Positions 10,188 through 18,616 of a DNA stretch of 42,238 nucleotides are shown piece after piece; within the stretch, counting starts at the first letter, position 1, and each line of letters opens with the position of its first letter. The translations under genes and the position numbers were made by a program. The notes beneath the pieces were generated by a model. It was not told the DNA's origin and searched no databases. It saw only the letters and a program-made list of their open reading frames with translations. Where the stretch lies: contig JAEMTJ010000001.1 in assembly GCA_016462375.1 (NCBI GenBank), forward strand, positions 4,085-46,322, read 5' to 3'. This DNA comes from Rhodoluna sp. GTDB taxonomy: Bacteria > Actinomycetota > Actinomycetes > Actinomycetales > Microbacteriaceae.

Positions 10188-11419
10188 TAAGCGCCTAACT
10201 TAATCTTTTGGAATGCCTTAGTGAAGCTCTGCTCTTCCTTGCTGTCTAGTGCTCTGAAACCTTGCGTTTGAGCTAGGAACTCTTCACTTGGGAAAATCAA
10301 CTGATTATCAGCAAGAGTCGGATCTAACTTCACAGCTTCTTCTTTAGCCCCAACAACAGGTGTGATGTAGTTCACGTAGGCAGCAAGTACTGCTGCGTTG
10401 TATGGGTCGTAATAGAAGTTCATGAGCTTCTCAGCGTTCTTCTTGTGAGTTGCACCCATTGGGATTACGAAACAGTCTGCAGAAATAGTTCCACCGGATT
10501 CAGGAAGAATAAAGCCAAAGCGCTCATAACCTTCTTCTGCATTTAACTGAATAATGTCTCCAGACCAAGCAATCGCAACAATGGTGTCACCATTTAGTAG
10601 GTCATCCTTGTAGCTGTTTCCTTTTATACGAGCAATCTGTCCATCTGAAACCTTTGCACCAACAACATCGATGGCATTCATAAAGGCATCTTCGGTGAGG
10701 CTGTTTGCATCACCAATAGCAACACCCTGATCCATTGCAACAATTCCAACGGTGTCGCGCATTTCACTGAGGACTCCAACGCGACCCTTAAGTGCAGGAT
10801 TCCAAAGATCTGCTACTACGGTTGGTGCATCTTTTCCAGTTGCGTCTTTGTATGCCTTTTTGTCATAAGCGAATCCAGCCAAAATACCTTGGTAAGGAAG
10901 TGACATCGTTCTGTTTGGGTCATAAGACTCACCCAGATATGCTGGTTGAAGATTCTTCTTGTTTGGAATCTCTGCGTCATCAAATGTTTGAACATAACCT
11001 AGGTTGATCCAACGAGCAGCCATCCATGAAGTTGGGCAAGTGATGTCTGCTCCTATGTCCTGACCCAGTGCTAGCTGATCTTTTACTTTTCCGTAGTAAG
11101 AATCATTGTCGTCAAAGTCTTCACGATAGGTAACTGATATACCTGTCTCAGTTTGAAAACTCTCGAGAGTTGGGTAGTTTCCTGCATCATCGACGTCAAG
11201 ATACAGTGACCAGTTGCTCCAGATCAAAGATTTATCTGAATCGCTAACATCAGTAGCCGGAGTCAGTTCACTTTTGCCACCGGGTGCGCAAGCTGCCAAT
11301 AGGGCTGCCGCACCGGTTGCCATTGCTCCACCGAGGACAGCTCTTCGGGTAACTTTGTGGGCTAACGCTGACTTTACTATTTCGCGTAGTTGGGGATCTT
11401 CTGGAAGGTTTTGGTTCAT
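10187..11419 (-). CDS. potD: Polyamine ABC transporter substrate-binding lipoprotein (PotD/PotF family)
   Basis: Twin-arginine signal TRRAVL and lipobox LAAC; NWSLY and AWSGD motifs; AGGAGT SD upstream. Confidence 0.87.
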   Translation of the reverse strand: MNQNLPEDPQLREIVKSALAHKVTRRAVLGGAMATGAAALLAACAPGGKSELTPATDVSDSDKSLIWSNWSLYLDVDDAGNYPTLESFQTETGISVTYREDFDDNDSYYGKVKDQLALGQDIGADITCPTSWMAARWINLGYVQTFDDAEIPNKKNLQPAYLGESYDPNRTMSLPYQGILAGFAYDKKAYKDATGKDAPTVVADLWNPALKGRVGVLSEMRDTVGIVAMDQGVAIGDANSLTEDAFMNAIDVVGAKVSDGQIARIKGNSYKDDLLNGDTIVAIAWSGDIIQLNAEEGYERFGFILPESGGTISADCFVIPMGATHKKNAEKLMNFYYDPYNAAVLAAYVNYITPVVGAKEEAVKLDPTLADNQLIFPSEEFLAQTQGFRALDSKEEQSFTKAFQKIKLGA

Positions 11420-11631
11420 AGCCTCATACTCCTAAGGGAAGGGCCGTCAGACGGCCAGTTAACACACCGACTGCGCGAAAGAACGCATTGATAAAAATAA
11501 TGCCACAATTTACCCTTCTAAGTTGGCAAAACCCCCAAAAAGATACTGAAGAGTGGCATAGGCCATCCCCATGGTTGCGTGGGGTATTCTCATAGAAGGT
11601 TGAGCAATGAAGCCCACCCCAGAGGAGAATC

Positions 11632-12747
11632 ATGAAGATCGCTGTCCCAACAGAGATCAAGAACAACGAATTCCGCGTGGCCATAACGCCAGCGGGAGTG
11701 CATGAACTAGTAGTTTCAGGGCACGAGGTATACATCCAAAAAGGCGCTGGCACAGGTTCAAGCATCACTGACCAGGACTACCAGGAAGCTGGAGCTACCA
11801 TCCTCCCCGACGCTAAAAGCACTTGGGCGATAGCCGACATGGTCCTTAAGGTTAAGGAACCAATTGCCAGTGAATATGGATTTCTTAGACCAGGTCTTAT
11901 TCTCTTCACCTTCTTACACCTAGCCGCAGATCTAGAGCTGACCAAAGAACTCATGGCAAGACAGATCACGGCGATTGCCTACGAGACAGTTCAACTACCT
12001 AACCGTCAGTTACCACTTCTAGCCCCAATGAGTGAAGTTGCTGGAAGGCTTTCTGCTCTAGTGGGAGCTCAAACCCTATTTGCTCAAAACGGTGGGCATG
12101 GAATTCTCCTGGGTGGTGTACCTGGCACAAGACCAGCGAAAGTTGTGATTCTCGGTGGTGGGGTTGCCGGTTCTAATGCGATTGCAATGTCGGTTGGACT
12201 CGGTGCTGAAGTAACGGTGCTAGATACCAATATCAACAGACTCAGAGAACTGGATGCCCTGTATCACGGCAGACTTAGGACGCTTGCTAGCAATGCTTTT
12301 GAAATCAACAGAGCTGTCACAGAAGCTGATCTAGTTATCGGTTCTGTGTTGATTCCAGGAGCTAAAGCCCCAAAACTTGTAACCAATGACCTTGTGAAGA
12401 AGATGAAGCCTGGTTCTGTTTTAGTGGATATTGCTATTGACCAAGGTGGTTGCTTCGAAGACTCAAGACCAACTACACATGCTGACCCAACTTTTAAAGT
12501 TCACAACTCAGTCTTTTACTGCGTGGCAAACATGCCAGGCGCAGTTGCACATACTTCTACCTATGCGCTTACCAATGCAACCCTGCACTATACAAAAGCA
12601 TTAGCAAACAGTGGTTGGCTAGCTGCTTGCAAAGCTGACCCGGCCCTTGCTCTAGGTTTGAACACGCACGGTGGGATGCTAGTCAGTGAACCAGTGGCTG
12701 CTGCCCATTCTCTTGCGTACTCTGCGATTGAATCGGTCTTGGCATAG
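11632..12747 (+). CDS. ald: Alanine dehydrogenase
   Basis: Motifs PTEIKNNEFRV, KVKEP, FLHLA, PMSEVAGR, GGGVAG, DIAIDQGGC and YCVANMPGAV; GAGGAG SD. Confidence 0.97.
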   Translation: MKIAVPTEIKNNEFRVAITPAGVHELVVSGHEVYIQKGAGTGSSITDQDYQEAGATILPDAKSTWAIADMVLKVKEPIASEYGFLRPGLILFTFLHLAADLELTKELMARQITAIAYETVQLPNRQLPLLAPMSEVAGRLSALVGAQTLFAQNGGHGILLGGVPGTRPAKVVILGGGVAGSNAIAMSVGLGAEVTVLDTNINRLRELDALYHGRLRTLASNAFEINRAVTEADLVIGSVLIPGAKAPKLVTNDLVKKMKPGSVLVDIAIDQGGCFEDSRPTTHADPTFKVHNSVFYCVANMPGAVAHTSTYALTNATLHYTKALANSGWLAACKADPALALGLNTHGGMLVSEPVAAAHSLAYSAIESVLA

Positions 12748-14263
12748 CTAACTGAATTGCTAAACCTCTAAACCAGCCTCTGCCCGGTGGCAGTTTCTCA
12801 TTCCACGAACCCTTGGGCAAACCAGCTGCCAGATGTTGATCTAAATTACTTTGTCTTAGGTAGAGCACATACTCAAATTTTCTTTGCAGTGCAAGTGGCA
12901 AAAGAACATTACTCGGCATGGTGCACCAGAGCGGTTGCCCACTCTGATAAGCAGTTTCTAAATCAGGAATAGTTGGACCGTCTAAAATAGTGGCGCTTGG
13001 GTGAGCCTGCTTCAATAATTTTGCAGTCATGCTTTTCCCTGAGCTAGAAGCACCAACGACTAAAAGCGACTTACCAACAAATTCCGAAATGAAAATTTTC
13101 TCAACACGCTGCTCTGCTGGAATATCCAAAATGGCAATTGTTTTGCCATCACTTTCAAATGAGGTAGCCAAACCCGCTGTCCAAGCTAGAACTTTTTCTG
13201 GTTGAGTTTTGCCCTCCCCCAGATTTGGTAAAATTTTGCTCATCGGAAAATCAAACCATGCTGTTTTACTCCCCCAAATTGCCAATGCTCTTGATCCAGT
13301 CGCACTAGTTGCTCGCATTGTCGGTACTAGGGAGATTAGATCGCCAGGATCTGTCACCCCAATGGCAAACCTGAGTGTGAGGTTGGTAATTAGCGCTCTC
13401 GGAATGCCGGCTAAGGATTGACTGGTCGCAATCAGATGCACACCCAGCGATCTACCTCGTGCAGCTATCGCTTCTAGCGTTGTAAGTGCTAACGGATGCG
13501 ATGCGATGATTGCGGGCATCTCATCGGCTAAAACAATCATTCGCTGCAACGACTTAGTCTCAGTGATTGAAGAGACCCCTTCGGTAGCGAGAACAATCTC
13601 ACGGTTTTTGAGTTCCCCTGCGAGGTAATGCCAAAAACGTTCATGACGATCTTTGTCTAGATCGGTTACCAATGTGAGTGTCCACGGATGCCTATTCAAC
13701 TCTCTCAGTCCTGCGCCTCCTTTGAAATCAATAAGAACTAGCTCTATGGGCTTACTAACACTGACCAGCAGCGAACCTGTGACTAGTTTCAATAGTTCAC
13801 TCTTACCCGCCCCGGTTGAGCCCACTATGAGCCCATGCGGTCCATCTCTCACCAAATCAAATTGGAGATCGATTGATTCAGAGATGCCCGCCCAGAAAGG
13901 TAAATCGCCAGAAATGGAGGTTTTGAAGTGACTCTCCTCTAACTCTTTGGAACGTTGCAAAATGTCTCTTTGGACCACTAACTTGGTCGCGTAGTCAAAG
14001 AAGATGTCACTGTATTGCTCTTTGAAAAACCAGCCGGTTCTAGGCAAAACCTTGTCCCCTAAGGCGACCGCCCATGGGCTAAGCCAAATAGGTTGATCAC
14101 TGTAATCAAGATCTGGCTCGCGTGTTTTTCTTTTGATCAGGAGTGTGGTCAGTGCAACCGAGAGCACGCTAACAAAAGTGAAAAGTGCGAACTGCCACAT
14201 TCCTGTGACAAGTGCCATAACTACTCCGAGCAAGAGCCCCGGCAGCAGTGTCACTAATCTCAT
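12683..14263 (-). CDS. FtsK/SpoIIIE-domain membrane ATPase (EccC-like, reduced)
   Basis: Two N-terminal TM helices; DLVRDGPHGLIVGSTGAGKSELL, IDFKGG, VLADE and RGRSLGVHLI; degenerate second P-loop GASSSGKS; terminal PPGRG. Confidence 0.85.
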   Translation of the reverse strand: MRLVTLLPGLLLGVVMALVTGMWQFALFTFVSVLSVALTTLLIKRKTREPDLDYSDQPIWLSPWAVALGDKVLPRTGWFFKEQYSDIFFDYATKLVVQRDILQRSKELEESHFKTSISGDLPFWAGISESIDLQFDLVRDGPHGLIVGSTGAGKSELLKLVTGSLLVSVSKPIELVLIDFKGGAGLRELNRHPWTLTLVTDLDKDRHERFWHYLAGELKNREIVLATEGVSSITETKSLQRMIVLADEMPAIIASHPLALTTLEAIAARGRSLGVHLIATSQSLAGIPRALITNLTLRFAIGVTDPGDLISLVPTMRATSATGSRALAIWGSKTAWFDFPMSKILPNLGEGKTQPEKVLAWTAGLATSFESDGKTIAILDIPAEQRVEKIFISEFVGKSLLVVGASSSGKSMTAKLLKQAHPSATILDGPTIPDLETAYQSGQPLWCTMPSNVLLPLALQRKFEYVLYLRQSNLDQHLAAGLPKGSWNEKLPPGRGWFRGLAIQLAMPRPIQSQSTQENGQQPLVH

Positions 14264-14296
14264 CTAAAGATGATTTCTTACTGCACCCCTAAAGCA

Positions 14297-14339
14297 AACT
14301 GCCCGCTCTCCTGATGTGGAAAACGGGCAGTTCTAAAGC
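14297..14339 (-). terminator. Intrinsic terminator of the aldehyde dehydrogenase gene
   Basis: AACTGCCCG (14297-14305) pairs with CGGGCAGTT (14324-14332); the stem extends with G-U pairs only on the minus-strand RNA and is followed by a weak U-rich tail. Confidence 0.75.
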
Positions 14340-14345
14340 TGTGGA

Positions 14346-15782
14346 TTAGTCTCCGATGTAGCTCATCACGTGCTTGATTCTTGTGTAATCTTCAAATCCA
14401 TACATCGATAGGTCTTTACCGTAACCAGAGTGACGGAAACCACCGTGCGGCATCTCTGCGGCTAGCGGGATATGAGTATTGATCCAAACGCAACCAAAGT
14501 TCAAGCCCTTGGCAAAGCGCATTGCCCTGGTGTGGTTGCTAGTCCAAACAGATGAAGCCAAACCATATTTCACATCGTTAGCCCAACGCATGGCTTCGGC
14601 ATCGTCCTTGAACTTTTGAACTGTAACGACCGGACCAAAGATTTCTCTCTGAATGTGCTCATCGTCCTGTTTCAAACCTGTCAACACAGTCGCTTCATGG
14701 AAGTACCCCTTACCTGGAATAGCCTTGCCACCGATGGCAATTGATGCATGATCTGGCAGACGGTCGATAAAGCCAGTTACTTGAGCAAGTTGGTTCACGT
14801 TATTTACTGGGCCAAAGAGAATGTCATCTCTGCTTGGGTCGCCGGTTATTGCATTAGCAGCAACCTCTGCAGTAAGAATTGCAACAAACTCATCGTGGAC
14901 ACTTTCATGAACAAGAATTCTGGTTGCGGCGGTGCAGTCTTGACCTGCATTGAAGAAACCCGCAACAACAATTTGTGCTGCAGCTTTATGCAAATCAGCA
15001 TCAGCAAAAACGATGACCGGTGCTTTACCTCCCAATTCAAGGTGAACTCGCTTTAGATCGATAGCTGCACTCTTGGCAACTTCCATGCCAGCTCGAACTG
15101 AGCCAGTAATTGAAACCATCTGCGGAATCTCGTGCTCAATCATCGCCCTACCAGAATCACGGTTACCGGTGACAACGTTGAAAACACCAGCTGGCAGGAA
15201 TTCGCTGGCAATCTCTGCAAGTAGCAAAGTTGACGCTGGAGTTGTGTCAGAAGGTTTTAGAACAACAGTGTTACCAGCCGCAATCGCAGGAGCAAATTTC
15301 CAAGTTGCCATGTTCAATGGATAGTTCCAGGGTGTTACCTGACCGATGACACCGATAGGCTCGCGGCGGACCGATGAAGTGTGGTCTTTGGCGTACTCAG
15401 CAGTTGCTCGACCTTCTAGATTTCTCGCTGCACCTGCGAAGAATCTGATTTGATCTACAGAAACCATAATTTCGTATTCAACCAGTGTGCTTCTAGGCTT
15501 ACCAGTGTTCTCAGATTCAACATCTGCCATCTCCTCAGCTCTTGCTTCAAGAGCATCAGCAATTCTAAATAGTGCTAATTGTCTTTCACCAGGAGTAGTT
15601 TGACTCCAAGTCTCGAAAGCTTTATCTGCTGCCTTATAGGCAAGATCAATATCTGCCACTGCAGATACCTGAGCCTTTGCATAAACTTGCGCATTAGCAG
15701 GATTGATAACCTCTGAGGTTTCACCTGATTTAGCGGAAATGTGCTGACCGTTGACAAAGTTCTTTAGTTCGCGAACTGCCAT
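14346..15782 (-). CDS. patD: Gamma-aminobutyraldehyde dehydrogenase (ALDH family)
   Basis: PWNYP, LKPS, ITGS, catalytic Glu in LELGGK, catalytic Cys in FNAGQDC, EIFGPV, and the C-terminal GKDLSMYGFEDYTRIKHVM typical of this subfamily. Confidence 0.85.
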   Translation of the reverse strand: MAVRELKNFVNGQHISAKSGETSEVINPANAQVYAKAQVSAVADIDLAYKAADKAFETWSQTTPGERQLALFRIADALEARAEEMADVESENTGKPRSTLVEYEIMVSVDQIRFFAGAARNLEGRATAEYAKDHTSSVRREPIGVIGQVTPWNYPLNMATWKFAPAIAAGNTVVLKPSDTTPASTLLLAEIASEFLPAGVFNVVTGNRDSGRAMIEHEIPQMVSITGSVRAGMEVAKSAAIDLKRVHLELGGKAPVIVFADADLHKAAAQIVVAGFFNAGQDCTAATRILVHESVHDEFVAILTAEVAANAITGDPSRDDILFGPVNNVNQLAQVTGFIDRLPDHASIAIGGKAIPGKGYFHEATVLTGLKQDDEHIQREIFGPVVTVQKFKDDAEAMRWANDVKYGLASSVWTSNHTRAMRFAKGLNFGCVWINTHIPLAAEMPHGGFRHSGYGKDLSMYGFEDYTRIKHVMSYIGD

Positions 15783-15974
15783 TTGATAACTCTCCTTCGA
15801 GCTTTATTCGTGTGGAGGCGAACCTATCGCCTCTAGCCATAACACTATTACAAACCTCTATTTCTGGACCAATCCGTAGCCAAAAAGGCTTCAAAGGTGT
15901 GGAATCTATACCAATTTGGCAAAATCACTACGAAATCAGGACCAAAATAGCAAAAAATGTGCCAATATCGCAGT

Positions 15975-16448
15975 ATGTCTAGAACGGATAGAGCTAAAGC
16001 ATCGGCGCTTGATGACATCTCAAAAGAGATCATCGAGCAGCTTCAGCACGACGGAAGGAAGCCTTACAGCGAGATTGCTAAGGCAGTTGGACTGAGTGAA
16101 GCTGCCGTTCGTCAGAGGATGCAGAAACTAACCGAGTCCGGCGTAATGCAGGTTGTGGCAGTTACTGACCCTCTCCAAATGGGTTTTTCTCGACAGGCAA
16201 TGATTGGTATTCGTTGCTCTGGAGACATGACAGAACTTGCCAACAAGCTCTCTGCAATGCCAGAAGCAGATTACGTTGTGATGACTGCGGGCTCTTTCGA
16301 CATCTTGGTTGAAATTGTTGTAGAAAACGACCAAGACCTTATAGAAGTTTTGAACACCAAGATCAGATCATTGCCAGGCGTGGTCTCAACAGAAACTTTT
16401 GTTTACCTAAAACTCCACAAGCAGTTCTATAACTGGGGTGTTAGATAA
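15975..16448 (+). CDS. Lrp/AsnC family transcriptional regulator
   Basis: HTH LQHDGRKPYSEIAKAVGLSEAAVRQR plus ACT-like C-terminal domain; ATG 15975 preferred because it lies 6 nt after TGnCAATAT. Confidence 0.93.
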   Translation: MSRTDRAKASALDDISKEIIEQLQHDGRKPYSEIAKAVGLSEAAVRQRMQKLTESGVMQVVAVTDPLQMGFSRQAMIGIRCSGDMTELANKLSAMPEADYVVMTAGSFDILVEIVVENDQDLIEVLNTKIRSLPGVVSTETFVYLKLHKQFYNWGVR

Positions 16449-16538
16449 CCAAGGTTTGGGTATCGCAAGATGCTCGAAGTGGCTAATCAAACGATTATCC
16501 AAAAGTGCAACACAAAATAATGTAAAGAGTGATATCAA

Positions 16539-18047
16539 ATGGCAATCAAGGAGAGCAAAGCACGAAAGCTTATCTCGGCTCTAAAGCTAGGTAAGGCTCC
16601 GGCTAAAAAGCCGGCCAAAGCAAAAGCCGACCACGCCACCCCGCTTCTCAACGCCCGTAAAGCAGGCAAAGAAGCAACCCCAGCTATGTTGCAACAGGCT
16701 GCAAAAGACAATTTGTTCTTGCACTTCACGCGACACAGCCCGTACCAGAAAATGGACATGCCCATCATCACAAAAGCTGAAGGACACCACTTCTGGGACA
16801 TCAACGGCAAGAAATACTTTGATGGAATCTCATCACTGTTTTCTGTAAACGTTGGTCACGGTCGCGAGAGACTGGCAGAAGCAGCAGCTAAACAGATGAA
16901 GAAGTTAGATTACTTCCCAATCTGGTCGCACGCTCACGCTCCAGCTATTGAATTAGCAGAGCGCATACTTTCGTATGCACCTAAAAATCTAAGTCGAGTT
17001 TTCTTCACCACCGGTGGTGGCGAGGCAAATGAGACCGCTTGGAAACTAGCCAAACAGTATTTCAAAATGACTGGCAAGCCGTTGAAGCACAAAGTTCTAA
17101 CTCGAGCAGTTGCCTACCACGGCACCTCGCATGGAGCTTTGTCGCTAACCGGCATCCCTTCAATGAAGAAGATGTTTGAACCTCTCGTGCCAAGCACATT
17201 CAGAGTGCCAAACACCAACTGGTACAGAGCTCAGGACGACTTCAAGAATGAAGAAGAGTTCGCAATGTGGGCAGCTAACAGAGTCGAAGAAATGATTCTG
17301 TTTGAAGATCCAGATACCGTTGCAGCGTTCTTTATCGAACCTGTGCAGAACTCAGGTGGTTGCTTCACTTCACCTCCTTCATATTTCAAGCGAGTCCGTG
17401 AGATTTGCGACAAGTATGACGTTCTGTTGGTAGCTGATGAAACCATTGATGGTTTTGGTCGTATCGGAACAATGTTTGCCAGCGAGAAGTACGGATTAGA
17501 ACCAGACATGTTGGTCTGTGCAAAAGGTATTACCTCGGCATACCAGCCACTTGGTGCCCTGATGCTTACTGAGAGGCTATTTGAACCGTTCAAGCAAGGA
17601 ACAAACATCTTCTCCCACGGATACACATTCGCAGGTCACCCTGTGGCATGTGCTGTGGCTCTTGAAAATCTAGACATCTTCGATGAGGAAGATCTAGTCG
17701 GCAACGTTGCTCGCAACGAAGCTGCGTTCAAGAAGACATTGAGCAAGCTCAAGGATCTGCCTATTGTCGGAGACGTTCGTGGAGCAGGATACTTCTACGC
17801 CATCGAACTGGTCAGAGACAAAAAAACTAAGGAATCTTTCAACGACCAAGAGTCGGAGAAGCTTCTGAGAAAGTTCCTCTCCAACCATTTATATGAGAAC
17901 GGGCTCTATTGCCGCTCAGATGACCGTGGCGACCCAGTAGTTCAGTTAGCTCCACCGCTAACTATCGGCCAGAAAGAATTCGACGAGTTGGAGCAGACCT
18001 TGCGTCACAGCCTCACACTCGCTGGAGAAATGTTCGAACTGATGTAA
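16539..18047 (+). CDS. Class III aminotransferase, probable putrescine/omega-amino acid--pyruvate transaminase, with a basic N-terminal extension
   Basis: FFTTGGGEANE, YHGT, EPVQNSGG, ADETIDGFGR, PLP lysine in CAKGITS, HGYTFAGHP and QLAPPL. Confidence 0.85.
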   Translation: MAIKESKARKLISALKLGKAPAKKPAKAKADHATPLLNARKAGKEATPAMLQQAAKDNLFLHFTRHSPYQKMDMPIITKAEGHHFWDINGKKYFDGISSLFSVNVGHGRERLAEAAAKQMKKLDYFPIWSHAHAPAIELAERILSYAPKNLSRVFFTTGGGEANETAWKLAKQYFKMTGKPLKHKVLTRAVAYHGTSHGALSLTGIPSMKKMFEPLVPSTFRVPNTNWYRAQDDFKNEEEFAMWAANRVEEMILFEDPDTVAAFFIEPVQNSGGCFTSPPSYFKRVREICDKYDVLLVADETIDGFGRIGTMFASEKYGLEPDMLVCAKGITSAYQPLGALMLTERLFEPFKQGTNIFSHGYTFAGHPVACAVALENLDIFDEEDLVGNVARNEAAFKKTLSKLKDLPIVGDVRGAGYFYAIELVRDKKTKESFNDQESEKLLRKFLSNHLYENGLYCRSDDRGDPVVQLAPPLTIGQKEFDELEQTLRHSLTLAGEMFELM

Positions 18048-18059
18048 GTCAGATAGTTG

Positions 18060-18106
18060 AGCCCGGTTATCCACCTTTTGGGAGAGATAACCGGGCTTTA
18101 CTTTTG
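18060..18106 (+). terminator. Intrinsic terminator after the aminotransferase gene
   Basis: Perfect 12-bp inverted repeat AGCCCGGTTATC (18060-18071) / GATAACCGGGCT (18086-18097), followed by TTACTTTT. Confidence 0.85.
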
Positions 18107-18124
18107 TCTCGGTATTCTGGGTAC

Positions 18125-18616
18125 ATGAAGCTTCACAAAGACACCTGGATAGCGTTTAAAAGCCCCATCGGAATTGTCAGGGTATATGCCGAGAACGAGA
18201 AGGTAACCTTCATCGACATCGCAGCTCAAGATGCAAAAATTGGCTCGGCAGGAAAATCACAAGTCCTGGTCACCGCAGAAAAGGAACTTGGCCAATACTT
18301 CTCAGGAAAACTAACCAAGTTCACTTTCCCTGTCGATCTCTCAAACGGAACGGAGTTCCAAAGATCAGTCTGGAAACAAATCTCAAAGATTCCTTTCGGA
18401 AAATTTAGGACATACAAAGACATTGCAGATGCAATTGGTAAACCAAAAGCCGCTAGAGCAGTTGGTGGAGCAGTTGGGTCTAACCCAGTTCCACTTGTCG
18501 TTGGCTGCCACAGAGTCTTAGGTGCCTCTGGAAAAATAACTGGATACTCTGGTGGTGATGGCTTACCAACTAAGCGCTGGCTGCTCAACCACGAAGGTCT
18601 AACTGCAAAAGAATGA
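18125..18616 (+). CDS. ogt: Methylated-DNA--protein-cysteine methyltransferase
   Basis: GTEFQRSVW, AARAVGGAVGSNP, active site variant GCHRV, TGYSGG; ATG 18125 lies 6 nt after TATTCT. Confidence 0.92.
   Translation: MKLHKDTWIAFKSPIGIVRVYAENEKVTFIDIAAQDAKIGSAGKSQVLVTAEKELGQYFSGKLTKFTFPVDLSNGTEFQRSVWKQISKIPFGKFRTYKDIADAIGKPKAARAVGGAVGSNPVPLVVGCHRVLGASGKITGYSGGDGLPTKRWLLNHEGLTAKE

Noticed and set aside
11424-11768. 114-aa minus-strand ORF across the potD/ald spacer as a leader peptide
   Set aside because: It starts antisense inside ald, spans both candidate promoters and has no family features.
4570-15968. Recurrent TGGCA/TGCCA motif in cluster promoters as a shared operator
   Set aside because: Several copies are explained as extended -10 elements (TGn-CANNNT) of dxr, potD and lrp, and the rest are too short to support.
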